NCBI GenBank assembly: GCA_030648835.1
Contig: JAUSGT010000001.1
Span: forward strand, 69,010-133,009
DNA from: Candidatus Moraniibacteriota bacterium
Lineage (GTDB): Bacteria > Patescibacteriota > Minisyncoccia > Moranbacterales > UBA1568
Direction: 5' to 3'
Length of the DNA stretch: 64,000 nt
Part shown: piece by piece, positions 30,049 to 38,615 of the stretch
How positions within the stretch are numbered: position 1 is the stretch's first letter
Layout: each line of letters opens with the position of its first letter
Notes under the pieces: model-generated
Seen by the model: the letters and a program-made list of their open reading frames with translations, nothing else
What the model was told of the DNA's origin: nothing
Databases searched by the model: none
Position numbers and translations under genes: made by a program

Positions 30049-30191
30049 AGCCAGCCGGAAATCGGACGGAACGTCGGCATGTACATTCGGGGTTAGGAGA
30101 ACGTTTCCTGGCCCCGAGTTTTTGTTTTCTGGCGGGAACGAGCGGCAATGTGCTAGAATAATACATTCCTCATTCATTAAGGTTTTATACT

Positions 30192-31586
30192 ATGGATATA
30201 CGGATTGCTCGGGAAAATATGGGGTATTTTACAAAAAAGGGAGCACTGGCATTTCGCTTTGACGCGACCGGCAAGGATGGCATGGTTGTCTCGCAGGGGA
30301 ACAAACACACCTGTGTGCTGAAGATTGATGAGTCGGAGAAAGTAACGAGACGAAAGCTTATTCTTCTCGTTCGGCGGGTGGTGTACGAGGCGCTGGCTAA
30401 AAAATACACTACCGTCGTTCTCGATTTCAAACAATTTCGTTTTCCCAAAATAGTCATTACCGATGAAGAACTGGCGGAACTCATGGCTACGAATTTTCTC
30501 ATGGCTCACTTTGCTTTCCGTGATTTTCTTACCAAACCCAAAGAAGGCTGGCCGGAAATCAAGACTATTGTTCTGACAAACGCCGGTACAAAAGAAGTGA
30601 AGGCAGGTATTGAGCGAGGAAAGATAATCGGTGAGGAAGTCAACCGTTCGCGGCATATCGCGACCATGCCGGGCGGACATATGACGCCGGAAATCCTAGC
30701 CAAGCATGCAGAAGTGTCTGTCAAAGGCTTGCCGGTCAAAGTACGGGTGCTGGGTGTCCCGGAAATGACTCGTTTGAAAATGGGAGGGGTGCTCGGCGTC
30801 GGCAAAGGATCGGATGCCAAACCGTGTTTTATTATTTTGGAATATTTTGGCGGTAAGAAAAATGAGAAGCCGGTGGTGCTGGTGGGTAAAGGTGTGACGT
30901 TCGACACCGGAGGAATCAATCTCAAGCCCAGCGACTATATTCTCGGTATGAATATGGATATGTCCGGCGGGGCAGCTGTGATTCATTCGCTAGCTGCTGC
31001 GGCACGTTTGAAACTGAAGAAAAATGTTGTGGCCCTTATTCCGGCGGTGGAAAATATGCCCTCCGGATCGAGTTATCGTCCCGGAGACATTTTGCATTCT
31101 ATGTCGGGAAAAACCATTGAAGTATTGAATACCGACGCGGAAGGGAGAATTATTTTGGCGGACGCTCTTATCTATGCGAAGCGTTATCATCCGGCACTTG
31201 TCGTGGACGTAGCGACGCTGACAGGCGCGGCCATGGGGGCGCTTGGAGAGCGTGCCTCGGCGCTCTTTACTCAGGATGAAAAATTGGAACTCCAGATACG
31301 TCATCTCGGCGAAGCCACGGGCGACTATGTGTGGCCCATGCCGCTCTGGGATGAGTATGACGATGAAGTGAAGGGGACGTTTGGTGATGTAGCCAACCTC
31401 GGCAAGACTCGTTACGGAGGGGCTGTGACGGCGGCCGTGTTTCTCAAACAATTCGTGGATAATAGCTATCCCTGGGTGCATCTTGATATCGCGCCGCGCA
31501 TGACGACCTTGCCCGATGAATTTCTCGCCAAAGGTTCTGCCGGCGCCCCGGTGAGACTCCTGGTGAAGATTCTTGAGAAATTGTAA
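30192..31586 (+). CDS. pepA: Leucyl aminopeptidase (M17 family)
   Basis: NTDAEGRIILADAL signature and M17 metal-binding residues. Confidence 0.9.
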   Translation: MDIRIARENMGYFTKKGALAFRFDATGKDGMVVSQGNKHTCVLKIDESEKVTRRKLILLVRRVVYEALAKKYTTVVLDFKQFRFPKIVITDEELAELMATNFLMAHFAFRDFLTKPKEGWPEIKTIVLTNAGTKEVKAGIERGKIIGEEVNRSRHIATMPGGHMTPEILAKHAEVSVKGLPVKVRVLGVPEMTRLKMGGVLGVGKGSDAKPCFIILEYFGGKKNEKPVVLVGKGVTFDTGGINLKPSDYILGMNMDMSGGAAVIHSLAAAARLKLKKNVVALIPAVENMPSGSSYRPGDILHSMSGKTIEVLNTDAEGRIILADALIYAKRYHPALVVDVATLTGAAMGALGERASALFTQDEKLELQIRHLGEATGDYVWPMPLWDEYDDEVKGTFGDVANLGKTRYGGAVTAAVFLKQFVDNSYPWVHLDIAPRMTTLPDEFLAKGSAGAPVRLLVKILEKL

Positions 31587-31603
31587 AGTAAAAAAGAAAA
31601 ATA

Positions 31604-31632
31604 AAGCCCCGGAGGATTTCCGGGGTTTTTTA
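31604..31632. terminator. Bidirectional rho-independent terminator
   Basis: AAAGCCCCGGA ggattt CCGGGGTTTTTT. Confidence 0.6.
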
Positions 31633-31660
31633 AAAGAGACAAGACAGGGTGTTTTTCCGG

Positions 31661-32110
31661 CTATCCTTTTTTGAAAACACGGCTATTTTTTAATTGCTCC
31701 AGAGCTGCACTTTCGCCTTTCATGCGCAGAACCTCAGTGAGGAGTTGCGGATCGCCCATAACAGCTAGCTTGTCCGGAATCTCCGGCGTATGATAATGAT
31801 CCCGTAATATGGCGTAGAGCCGCAAGACATCGTTTGATAATTTTATTTCAGCCACACCCGCGTACACCTGGGCATTGGCCATGTATATTTCACTGACGGA
31901 TGCCCCCGCTTTTTCGTCTATTATTTTCTTGACGATTTCATATTCCGGCAGAGCCAGGCATCCTTCGAGCGTGTGATAAGCATCATATTCCCTATTGATA
32001 TAGGTAACATTGGAATCTTTCTTTTCTTGTGGTACCGCGGGGGTCTGCGGTTCCTTCTTATCTTCGGGAAGTTCGGAGGGGAGTTCAAAAGCTTTGGCGG
32101 GGGTTGCCAT
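31661..32110 (-). CDS. Hypothetical protein (149 aa)
   Basis: Clean ORF convergent with pepA. No family recognised. Confidence 0.5.
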   Translation of the reverse strand: MATPAKAFELPSELPEDKKEPQTPAVPQEKKDSNVTYINREYDAYHTLEGCLALPEYEIVKKIIDEKAGASVSEIYMANAQVYAGVAEIKLSNDVLRLYAILRDHYHTPEIPDKLAVMGDPQLLTEVLRMKGESAALEQLKNSRVFKKG

Positions 32111-32256
32111 AGGATTTTGTATTAATGGATTGTCTTGTATTATAGCATGGACAAAAATCCTATAAGTTGTGGGTATTTGGCGTGGGCGTGGTAGGATGGG
32201 GGTATCAGAGGGGGAGATGGCGAGATATGGGTATTAAATAATTAATATTTAAAGTT

Positions 32257-32655
32257 ATGAAAGGATTCCACGCAAACATAGAAAAAGACACGCTCGAGAA
32301 CACCGACTTCCGTCGCGTGCTCTACACAGGCAAACACAGCCAGCTGGTACTGATGAGCTTGAAACCCAAAGAGGAGATCGGTCTCGAAACACATACCGAA
32401 AACGACCAGTTTTTTCGGATAGAAAAAGGCCACGGTATGTGCATCCTCGATGGCCATGAATACGCACTCGCCGACGGTTCAGCCATTGTGGTCCCGTCCG
32501 GCGCCAAGCACAATATCATCAATACGTCGGAGACAGAAGACCTCAAGCTCTATACCGTCTACTCTCCGGCACACCATAAGGACGGCATTGTCAGGGCTAC
32601 CAAAGAAGAAGCCGAAGCCAACGAAGCGGAGTTCGACGGCACAACTACCGAATAA
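32257..32655 (+). CDS. Cupin-domain protein, copy 1
   Basis: Small cupin barrel (GLETHTENDQFFRIEKGHGMCILDGHEYAL...VVPSGAKHNIIN). About 95% identical to the 37045 copy. Confidence 0.75.
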   Translation: MKGFHANIEKDTLENTDFRRVLYTGKHSQLVLMSLKPKEEIGLETHTENDQFFRIEKGHGMCILDGHEYALADGSAIVVPSGAKHNIINTSETEDLKLYTVYSPAHHKDGIVRATKEEAEANEAEFDGTTTE

Positions 32656-32677
32656 ATATTGGCCATTGCCAAAAATG

Positions 32678-32717
32678 AAAGCCAGGGGCAGGCATAATAA
32701 ATATACTGAGCTGTGAA
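32678..32717 (+). repeat. Family-R 40-bp repeat, copy 1
   Basis: AAAGCCAGGGGCAGGCATAATAAATATACTGAGCTGTGAA. Five copies, all coding-capable for (K)AK(G/S)R(H/Q)(D/N/S)KYTE(Q/L)*. Confidence 0.6.
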
Positions 32718-32739
32718 TCGATAGAATAGTATTGATGAT

Positions 32740-32767
32740 ATTCTCACATTCTGCAGAATGTGAGAAT
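32740..32767. promoter_or_regulatory. 28-bp perfect palindrome P1 (ATTCTCACATTCTGCAGAATGTGAGAAT), candidate ArsR operator
   Basis: Perfect dyad 11 nt upstream of the arsR-family gene start. Two more copies at 33051 and 36936. Confidence 0.55.
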
Positions 32768-32778
32768 GTTGAAAAGGT

Positions 32779-33057
32779 ATGAAGAAGGTATTGAAGACAG
32801 CCAAACAATTGGAACGGCATTTCAAGGGAGCGGCCAATCATCGCCGCATCGAGATTTTGCTTTTGCTCGCTGATGATGAGGGTATGAGTTTGGACGGGAT
32901 TGCCGAGCGGTTAGATTGCAACATCAAAACCATTTCAGAACACACACGCAAGCTGGTGCAAGCCGGCTTGGTAAACAAGGCATACAAGGGGAGATCGGTC
33001 GAACACACGCTTTCTCCGTACGGAAAATCATTCTGCCGTTTTATAAGAACATTCTGA
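32779..33057 (+). CDS. ArsR/SmtB-family winged-helix transcriptional regulator
   Basis: HRRIEILLLLADDEGMSLDGIAERLDCNIKTISEHTRKLVQAGLV is a typical HTH_5 fold. Confidence 0.8.
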   Translation: MKKVLKTAKQLERHFKGAANHRRIEILLLLADDEGMSLDGIAERLDCNIKTISEHTRKLVQAGLVNKAYKGRSVEHTLSPYGKSFCRFIRTF

Positions 33058-33078
33058 CATTCTGCAGAATGTCAGAAT
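33051..33078. promoter_or_regulatory. 28-bp perfect palindrome P2 (ATTCTGACATTCTGCAGAATGTCAGAAT)
   Basis: Overlaps the arsR stop codon and lies ~70 nt upstream of the kinase-like gene. Confidence 0.55.
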
Positions 33079-33147
33079 GTCTGGGGTGGGTGGTTTTCGG
33101 GTGGGGGAGGTGGTAGGATGGACGTAACGAGTTAGGTAACAGGAATT

Positions 33148-34023
33148 ATGTCGGAATTCTCTCCAATTGAAGCGCTCAAAGTGCCCGTGAAGAAAGTGGC
33201 CAGGGCGGCGGAAAACGCGTTTTTTAATTATGAAAGGAATCAAAGTACTGAGGCGTCATGGGACACTCTTTTTGACAACAAAGCGGGAAAATTCCTGCGC
33301 ACCCAAGCGCTCTTCACGGTGATTCGCGATATGGTGCCGGACAGCCTCTTCGAAAAATTGACCGGGAGATTTTACAAATATCAGAAAGGTGGTCTGCCGA
33401 TTGATCCGGAGAAATATACTTTTGACGAAAAAAGGGTTGGTGGCGGTGGCGAATGCAATGTTTACAGGCTCAACTCGCTTGATTCGGATCTTCCGTCACT
33501 CGTGATCAAAATTGATCAATTCATTTCCCGCAGTACCGATAAAATGCTCACTCGGGCCAAGGCGGTAAAAAGTGAGTATGAAGAGAAAAAAGAATTATAT
33601 CGGGATCTGCCGGAATTGATTCCGGACGAGTTCCACTTTATCGGAAAAAGTCCGCGTGGGGGAAAGCCGGCCCTTCTGACGATCCAGGAGTTTCTCGGTA
33701 ATGAGAATGAAATGAGAGATCTCTTCCGAGGTATCAGTAAAGAAGAATTATTGGAAATCTTGCGGCAGAACTCTCGATTGCAGGCAGACTTTCGGAAATT
33801 TGCAGGAATTACGCTTGAGCGTGCTCGTGAAAAGGATGAGATGATCGATACTTTGGGAGACAAAAACCTGGTGCTTATACAGAGAGAAGGGAATACCTCT
33901 CTCATCTTTCTTGACCCGCATGTTACCAAGCATCCCGTTGCCGATGTGAAAGAGAGCGCGAGGATCCGGGCGGATCTCGATTATCTGGAGGGTATCGTCG
34001 CGACGCTCGATAATGGCGAGTAA
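33148..34023 (+). CDS. Protein-kinase-like fold protein (atypical kinase), tentative
   Basis: Gly-rich loop VGGGGECNVY, a VIKI (VAIK-like) lysine, and catalytic-loop-like GDKNLVL...IFLD. Not a P-loop kinase. Confidence 0.4.
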   Translation: MSEFSPIEALKVPVKKVARAAENAFFNYERNQSTEASWDTLFDNKAGKFLRTQALFTVIRDMVPDSLFEKLTGRFYKYQKGGLPIDPEKYTFDEKRVGGGGECNVYRLNSLDSDLPSLVIKIDQFISRSTDKMLTRAKAVKSEYEEKKELYRDLPELIPDEFHFIGKSPRGGKPALLTIQEFLGNENEMRDLFRGISKEELLEILRQNSRLQADFRKFAGITLERAREKDEMIDTLGDKNLVLIQREGNTSLIFLDPHVTKHPVADVKESARIRADLDYLEGIVATLDNGE

Positions 34024-34051
34024 TCGTCCGGGATGATAGGATGGACGTACT

Positions 34052-34669
34052 ATGAATTACAAACGCTACGATATTGTCGTCATCCCGCCAAAAGATATTA
34101 CCGAACAAGCCATCGAGATGAGCCGGGCATTGGAGCGGTTTGATTCTTTTTTCGTTCTCGATGATGAGACATTCCATCCGCACATTTCGCTCTACCATGC
34201 GCCCTTCGACGAGTCAGCGCTCGAAACCGTGATTGCTGTAGTGGGAGACATCGCGGCCGCTACGCAGTCATTTTTGTTACAGCAGGAAACGTATTATCCG
34301 GATCAAGGAGTATGGGTCGGAGTGCGCTATGTCGTCGACAAAGCCATTCTCGATCTGCATACCGCTGTCATCGAAGCGACGAAAGGCTATCGTGTGATAG
34401 AGGATGACGCCCGCTACAAGGCGCGCTGGGCGGATCTCGGCCCGCAGCAACGAAAAAACATAGAGGATTGCGGCTGGCCGGATGCCTTTACCGCTTATTT
34501 TCCGCATATCAGCTTTACGAAACTGAAGCAACCGAAAGCGGATGTCCTCGCCCATCTCCCGCAACACGACTTCTCATTTCTTGCCGACCATATCGGTTTG
34601 TATGAACTGGGGGCAGACGGGACATGCGCCAAGCTCGTGGCGGACTTCCGGCTTGAAAAGAGGGACTGA
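34052..34669 (+). CDS. 2H phosphoesterase superfamily protein (LigT/CPDase-like)
   Basis: Two H-x-S motifs (HPHISLY and FPHISFTK) spaced as in the 2H fold. Confidence 0.65.
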   Translation: MNYKRYDIVVIPPKDITEQAIEMSRALERFDSFFVLDDETFHPHISLYHAPFDESALETVIAVVGDIAAATQSFLLQQETYYPDQGVWVGVRYVVDKAILDLHTAVIEATKGYRVIEDDARYKARWADLGPQQRKNIEDCGWPDAFTAYFPHISFTKLKQPKADVLAHLPQHDFSFLADHIGLYELGADGTCAKLVADFRLEKRD

Positions 34670-34784
34670 AGGGGAGTTATAGTTCCTATATATAGTTATT
34701 GGCAATAAATGTGTAGGTTACTGTATATTTAGGTAGATTTACATACTACTTGTGTAGATTTAGATCGTATGATAGTATCATTAT

Positions 34785-35504
34785 ATGGAAGAAGAATTAC
34801 TTACAATCGGTCAAGCTGCTGAATATCTTGGGGTCGCTCTGAACACGTTACGTCGTTGGGACGAAAGTGGTAAATTGGTTGCGATCAAAAAGGATGGTGG
34901 CACTCATCGATATTATCGTGAGAAAGACTTGGAAATTTTTGCCAGTGATTTGATGATGTTTGCTTCTGGGTGGATCGAGAGCGGAGTTGAGTTTCCAGGG
35001 ACATTCTATTGTTCGACCAGCTCGATTTTCAATGCCAGACTGACGAAAATGGAGTACGTGCTCATGCAGAAGCCGGGATTTGAAAAATTATATTCCTTGA
35101 TTGTTCTCGTTACCGGAGAGATTGGTGACAATTCGTTTGCTCACAACTTGGGGAAGTGGCCGGATACAGCAGGAATTTTTTTCGGTTACGACCTAGAGAA
35201 GCGGATCATTGTCCTGGCTGATCGAGGACTGGGTGTATTGGAGACGTTGTGCCAGGTGCGTCCAGACCTTCCGAGTCATGTGGCGGCGGTGGAAGTTGCC
35301 TTTACCGAATTTATTTCTGGCCGGGCACCGGAAAAGCGAGGTAACGGACTGAAACTCGTTCGCGAGGTCGTCACGGATCAGCCAATTGATTTATTTTATA
35401 CCAGCGGGGATGCCGAGGTGCGCATGCAAGGCGCGGATAAAGTGTTTCGTGTTACGCGCGGGCAACATATCTTGAGGGGATGTTTAGCAAAGATAGAATT
35501 TTAA
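34785..35504 (+). CDS. MerR/excisionase-type HTH fused to GHKL (histidine-kinase-like) ATPase domain
   Basis: N-terminal LTIGQAAEYLGVALNTLRRWDESGKL. ATPase N box (GEIGDNSFAHNLG), G1 (DRGLGV) and G2 (RGNGLKLV). Confidence 0.6.
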   Translation: MEEELLTIGQAAEYLGVALNTLRRWDESGKLVAIKKDGGTHRYYREKDLEIFASDLMMFASGWIESGVEFPGTFYCSTSSIFNARLTKMEYVLMQKPGFEKLYSLIVLVTGEIGDNSFAHNLGKWPDTAGIFFGYDLEKRIIVLADRGLGVLETLCQVRPDLPSHVAAVEVAFTEFISGRAPEKRGNGLKLVREVVTDQPIDLFYTSGDAEVRMQGADKVFRVTRGQHILRGCLAKIEF

Positions 35505-35812
35505 TCCATTGTAAAAAGCATATGAAATTACAGCTAGAAAAATTTGGCACGACGCTCATATCGCGGGAATTGGGGAGCGAGGCCTTCAAGGCATTCCAGT
35601 CGACTCTGCGCGAGCTTTCTCCTGATGAAGAGCTAGAAATAGATTTTTCTGGTGTACTGACATTGTCACCGTCATGGGCTGATGAATTTTTAAGTCCATT
35701 GCTGAATCAATTGGGTGACAGATTAATTCTTTTACCGAGTGACAATCTTTCAGTACACGCAACGCTCCGAATTCTTCAAGAGGCTAATAAGCAGAGTTTT
35801 ACGATGAAGTAA
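35480..35812 (+). CDS. STAS-like DUF4325-family protein (putative partner-switching antagonist)
   Basis: LEIDFSGVLTLSPSWADEFLSPLL resembles DUF4325. 25-nt overlap with the GHKL gene. Confidence 0.5.
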   Translation: MFSKDRILIHCKKHMKLQLEKFGTTLISRELGSEAFKAFQSTLRELSPDEELEIDFSGVLTLSPSWADEFLSPLLNQLGDRLILLPSDNLSVHATLRILQEANKQSFTMK

Positions 35813-35882
35813 TGTACCCCGCCCGCCGTGCTTGCTCTGTGAAATTGCAAAGCACCGACGGAGTCGGATTCCGCTTCGGAAA

Positions 35883-35922
35883 AAAGCCAAGAGCAGACAG
35901 AGTAAATATACTGAGCAGTGAA
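35883..35922 (+). repeat. Family-R repeat, copy 2 (variant AGCAGACAGAG)
   Basis: AAAGCCAAGAGCAGACAGAGTAAATATACTGAGCAGTGAA, followed by the conserved leader GTATTAAGGACTGGAAGAAATAAGAAT ATG. Confidence 0.6.
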
Positions 35923-35949
35923 GTATTAAGGACTGGAAGAAATAAGAAT

Positions 35950-36591
35950 ATGGCGTATATCTTTCTTGATGAAAGTGGTGATTTGGGGTTTGACTTCAAA
36001 AAGAAGGGCACTTCCAAGTTTTTTATTGTTACCATTCTCTTTACCGAAGACTCCAGAGGAGGGATTGAAAAGGTGGTGAAGAAAACACATTCAGAACTTG
36101 CGAAGAAATTCAAAAGACGTGTTGGTACATTGCATGCGGTTCAAGAAAAGCCCATTACCCGTACCCGTTTTCTGAAACGGATTGCCGAGAAGGAATGTGG
36201 TGTTATGGCTATTTATCTCAACAAGAAGAAGGTACATACGCATCTCCAGGACGAAAAACAAGTGCTTTACAATTACGTGACCAATATTCTCTTAGATAGA
36301 ATCTATACGAAAAAAATTCTTTCCCCGGATCTTGTCATAGAGCTCATCGCATCTCGGCGCGAAACCAACAAGTTTCTTAATGAAAACTTCAAAGATTACT
36401 TGAGCCGGCAAATAAAGAATAACCACAAAGGTCTTATGAAAATTTCCATTAAAACACCGGCTGAAGAGAAGTGTCTTCAGGCAGTAGACTTTCTGAGTTG
36501 GGCAATTTTTCGTAAATATGAGCGCGGAGATGAAAGTTACTACAATCTTTTCAAGAGAAAAATCATCGAGGAGAATCCTTTATTTCCGTAA
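35950..36591 (+). CDS. DUF3800-family protein
   Basis: N-terminal MAYIFLDESGD and C-terminal LQAVDFLSWAIFRKYE are DUF3800 hallmarks. Internal start of the 35812 ORF. Confidence 0.65.
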   Translation: MAYIFLDESGDLGFDFKKKGTSKFFIVTILFTEDSRGGIEKVVKKTHSELAKKFKRRVGTLHAVQEKPITRTRFLKRIAEKECGVMAIYLNKKKVHTHLQDEKQVLYNYVTNILLDRIYTKKILSPDLVIELIASRRETNKFLNENFKDYLSRQIKNNHKGLMKISIKTPAEEKCLQAVDFLSWAIFRKYERGDESYYNLFKRKIIEENPLFP

Positions 36592-36873
36592 AAACAAAAC
36601 CTCGTACGCTGTCTAGAGCAACCATCCGGAAGCCCACGTACGAGGATTTACTTGTATGCCTGTATTGTAGTAAATAAAACAAGACTTGTCAAGGGAAGGG
36701 GGCTGACGTATTTTTGCGTAAAAAATGGAATATTTTGGCTTGTTTTCTTTACGGAAGGGGGCATTTGGAGTAGATTGGTGATAGGTTTATCCCGCTTGCC
36801 GCGTTGCTGTACGAGATAGTCATGAATTTTCGGATTATACGGTAAAAGTATTGAGTTTATTCATTTTCCGTAA

Positions 36874-36913
36874 AAAGCCAAGAGCAGACAGAGTAAATAT
36901 ACTGAGCAGTGAA
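36874..36913 (+). repeat. Family-R repeat, copy 3
   Basis: Identical to the copy-2 variant. Immediately preceded by a stop codon in the peptide frame, so not part of an intact gene. Confidence 0.6.
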
Positions 36914-36935
36914 TCCATAGAATAGTATTGATGAT

Positions 36936-36963
36936 ATTCTCACATTCTGCAGAATGTCAGAAT
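36936..36963. promoter_or_regulatory. 28-bp palindrome P3 (hybrid of P1/P2, one mismatch) upstream of cupin copy 2
   Basis: ATTCTCACATTCTGCAGAATGTCAGAAT, about 80 nt upstream of the 37045 start. Confidence 0.5.
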
Positions 36964-37044
36964 GATTGGGTGGGTGGGGGGAGGTGGTATGATGGGTGTA
37001 CCAGAGGGGAAGATTCGTGTATTAAATAATAATATTTCAATACT

Positions 37045-37443
37045 ATGAAAGGATTCAACACACACATAGAAAAAGATACGCTCGAGAACACCGACTTCCG
37101 TCGCGTGCTTTACACAGGCTCGCACAGCCAGCTGGTATTGATGAGTTTGAAACCCAAAGAGGAGATCGGCCTCGAAACACATACCGGAAACGACCAGTTT
37201 TTTCGGATAGAAAAAGGCCACGGCATGTGCATCATCGACGGCCATGAGTATGCACTCGCCGATGGTTCGGCTATCGTGGTCCCGTCCGGCGCCAAACACA
37301 ATATCATCAACACGTCGGAGACAGAAGACCTCAAGCTCTATACCGTCTACTCTCCGGCGCACCATAAGGACGGCATTGTCAGGGCTACCAAAGAAGAAGC
37401 CGAAGCCAACGAAGCGGAGTTCGACGGCACAACAACCGAATAA
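37045..37443 (+). CDS. Cupin-domain protein, copy 2 (duplicate)
   Basis: Near-identical to 32257..32655, including ~80 bp of upstream leader and ~60 bp downstream. Confidence 0.75.
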   Translation: MKGFNTHIEKDTLENTDFRRVLYTGSHSQLVLMSLKPKEEIGLETHTGNDQFFRIEKGHGMCIIDGHEYALADGSAIVVPSGAKHNIINTSETEDLKLYTVYSPAHHKDGIVRATKEEAEANEAEFDGTTTE

Positions 37444-37465
37444 ATATTGGCCACTGCCAAAAATG

Positions 37466-37505
37466 AAAGCCAAGGGCAGGCATGATAAATATACTGAGCT
37501 GTGAA
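37466..37505 (+). repeat. Family-R repeat, copy 4
   Basis: AAAGCCAAGGGCAGGCATGATAAATATACTGAGCTGTGAA, then the leader GTATTAAGGATTGGAAGAAATAAAATT ATG. Confidence 0.6.
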
Positions 37506-37532
37506 GTATTAAGGATTGGAAGAAATAAAATT

Positions 37533-38018
37533 ATGAAAAAAACTAGTAGCAAGGGGATTGTTGGCGTATCTGGTGAATATTTTGTGGCTGCGGAACTTTC
37601 TCAGCGAGGCATTGTGGCTACCTTGACTCTCAAAAACACTCCCTATATCGACATACTTGCCACAAACTTAGAAAAGGGCACAACCGCCAACATTCAGGTG
37701 AAAACTATGTCTGTCGATAACAATGCTGGTTGGAGATTGGGGGAAAAAGATGGATTGCCTTCAAATATAAAGAATCACTTTTATGTGCTCGTTGATTTAC
37801 ATGGACCTGGTAAATTGCCCGAATATATAATCATACCCAAGAAAGTATTAGCAGATTTTATAAATAAGGGTCATGCTGAATGGCTTTTAGGAAAAAAGAA
37901 GGATGGCTCCTCTAGAAAAAATACTGGCGTTAGAGTTTTTGATCCAAACAGAAAAGTGTCTACTCGAAAATTTGCCGAAAAATACGTAAATAATTGGAGC
38001 ATATTAGATTTGTGGTAG
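37533..38018 (+). CDS. PD-(D/E)xK nuclease-fold protein (putative)
   Basis: GVSGEYFVAAEL...IDILATN...ANIQVKT matches an E...D...(Q/E)xK arrangement. Internal start of the 37482 ORF. Confidence 0.45.
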   Translation: MKKTSSKGIVGVSGEYFVAAELSQRGIVATLTLKNTPYIDILATNLEKGTTANIQVKTMSVDNNAGWRLGEKDGLPSNIKNHFYVLVDLHGPGKLPEYIIIPKKVLADFINKGHAEWLLGKKKDGSSRKNTGVRVFDPNRKVSTRKFAEKYVNNWSILDLW

Positions 38019-38026
38019 TAAAAGTT

Positions 38027-38374
38027 ATGGATAAGATAAAAGATTTGACTAAAAGAATACTAGCTTTCCGCAATGCTCGGGACTGGAAGCAATTTCACAA
38101 TCCGAAAGACGTGGCGCTCTCGCTGGTTTTGGAAGCGGCGGAGGTTATGGAACATTTCCAGTGGAAGAACCCGGCGGAAATTGAAGAGTATGTAAAAAAG
38201 CATAAGAAAGATATAGGCGAAGAATTGGCTGATGTTTTCAATTGGGTGTTGCTGCTGAGTCATGATTTGGGGATAGATATTGTAGAAGCGGCCAAAAAGA
38301 AAGTTAAAAAGAACGAAAAAAAGTACCCCGTAGAAAAAGCCAAAGGCAGGCATGATAAATATACTGAGCAGTGA
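38027..38374 (+). CDS. MazG-like nucleoside triphosphate pyrophosphohydrolase (small all-alpha NTP-PPase)
   Basis: ILAFRNARDWKQFHNPKDVALSLVLEAAEVMEHFQWK...ELADVFNWVLLLSHDLGIDI. The C-terminal tail is encoded by Family-R copy 5. Confidence 0.75.
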   Translation: MDKIKDLTKRILAFRNARDWKQFHNPKDVALSLVLEAAEVMEHFQWKNPAEIEEYVKKHKKDIGEELADVFNWVLLLSHDLGIDIVEAAKKKVKKNEKKYPVEKAKGRHDKYTEQ

Positions 38375-38375
38375 A
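38336..38375 (+). repeat. Family-R repeat, copy 5 (forms C-terminus of MazG-like gene)
   Basis: AAAGCCAAAGGCAGGCATGATAAATATACTGAGCAGTGAA. Confidence 0.6.
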
Positions 38376-38420
38376 TTGATTACCTCGCTGAGCAGGATTT
38401 CGCTAGGAATGTTAGGATAT

Positions 38421-38436
38421 ACGTAACGAGTTACGT
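38421..38436. promoter_or_regulatory. Palindrome ACGTAACGAGTTACGT upstream of AbrB-like gene (autoregulatory operator candidate)
   Basis: A 7-2-7 dyad. A related leader (GGTAGGATGGACGTAACGAGTTAGGTAACAGG) precedes the kinase-like gene. Confidence 0.4.
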
Positions 38437-38456
38437 AACAGGTTACATAACAAACT

Positions 38457-38615
38457 ATGAACAAAGAAATTAGAAAACTCACTAAGTTAGGGGGAAAATC
38501 CATCGGGCTGACCTTGCCGATTGAATTAGTTCGGGAGTTGGGGTGGAGGGAAAAACAGAAAGTGACCGTCAAGCGTGTTCGTGGGGGTGTGATGATTAAA
38601 GATTGGAAGAAATAG
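38457..38615 (+). CDS. AbrB/MazE/SpoVT-family small DNA-binding protein (antitoxin- or controller-like), 52 aa
   Basis: LTKLGGKSIGLTLPIELVRELGWREKQKVTVK fits the swapped-hairpin beta-barrel family. Not in the ORF track (under 60 aa). Confidence 0.45.
   Translation: MNKEIRKLTKLGGKSIGLTLPIELVRELGWREKQKVTVKRVRGGVMIKDWKK

Noticed and set aside
32678-38375. Family-R repeats as a CRISPR array
   Set aside because: Only five copies, with irregular spacing (0.6 to 3.2 kb) and protein-coding genes between them. The repeats are not palindromic and no cas genes are seen. Not CRISPR.
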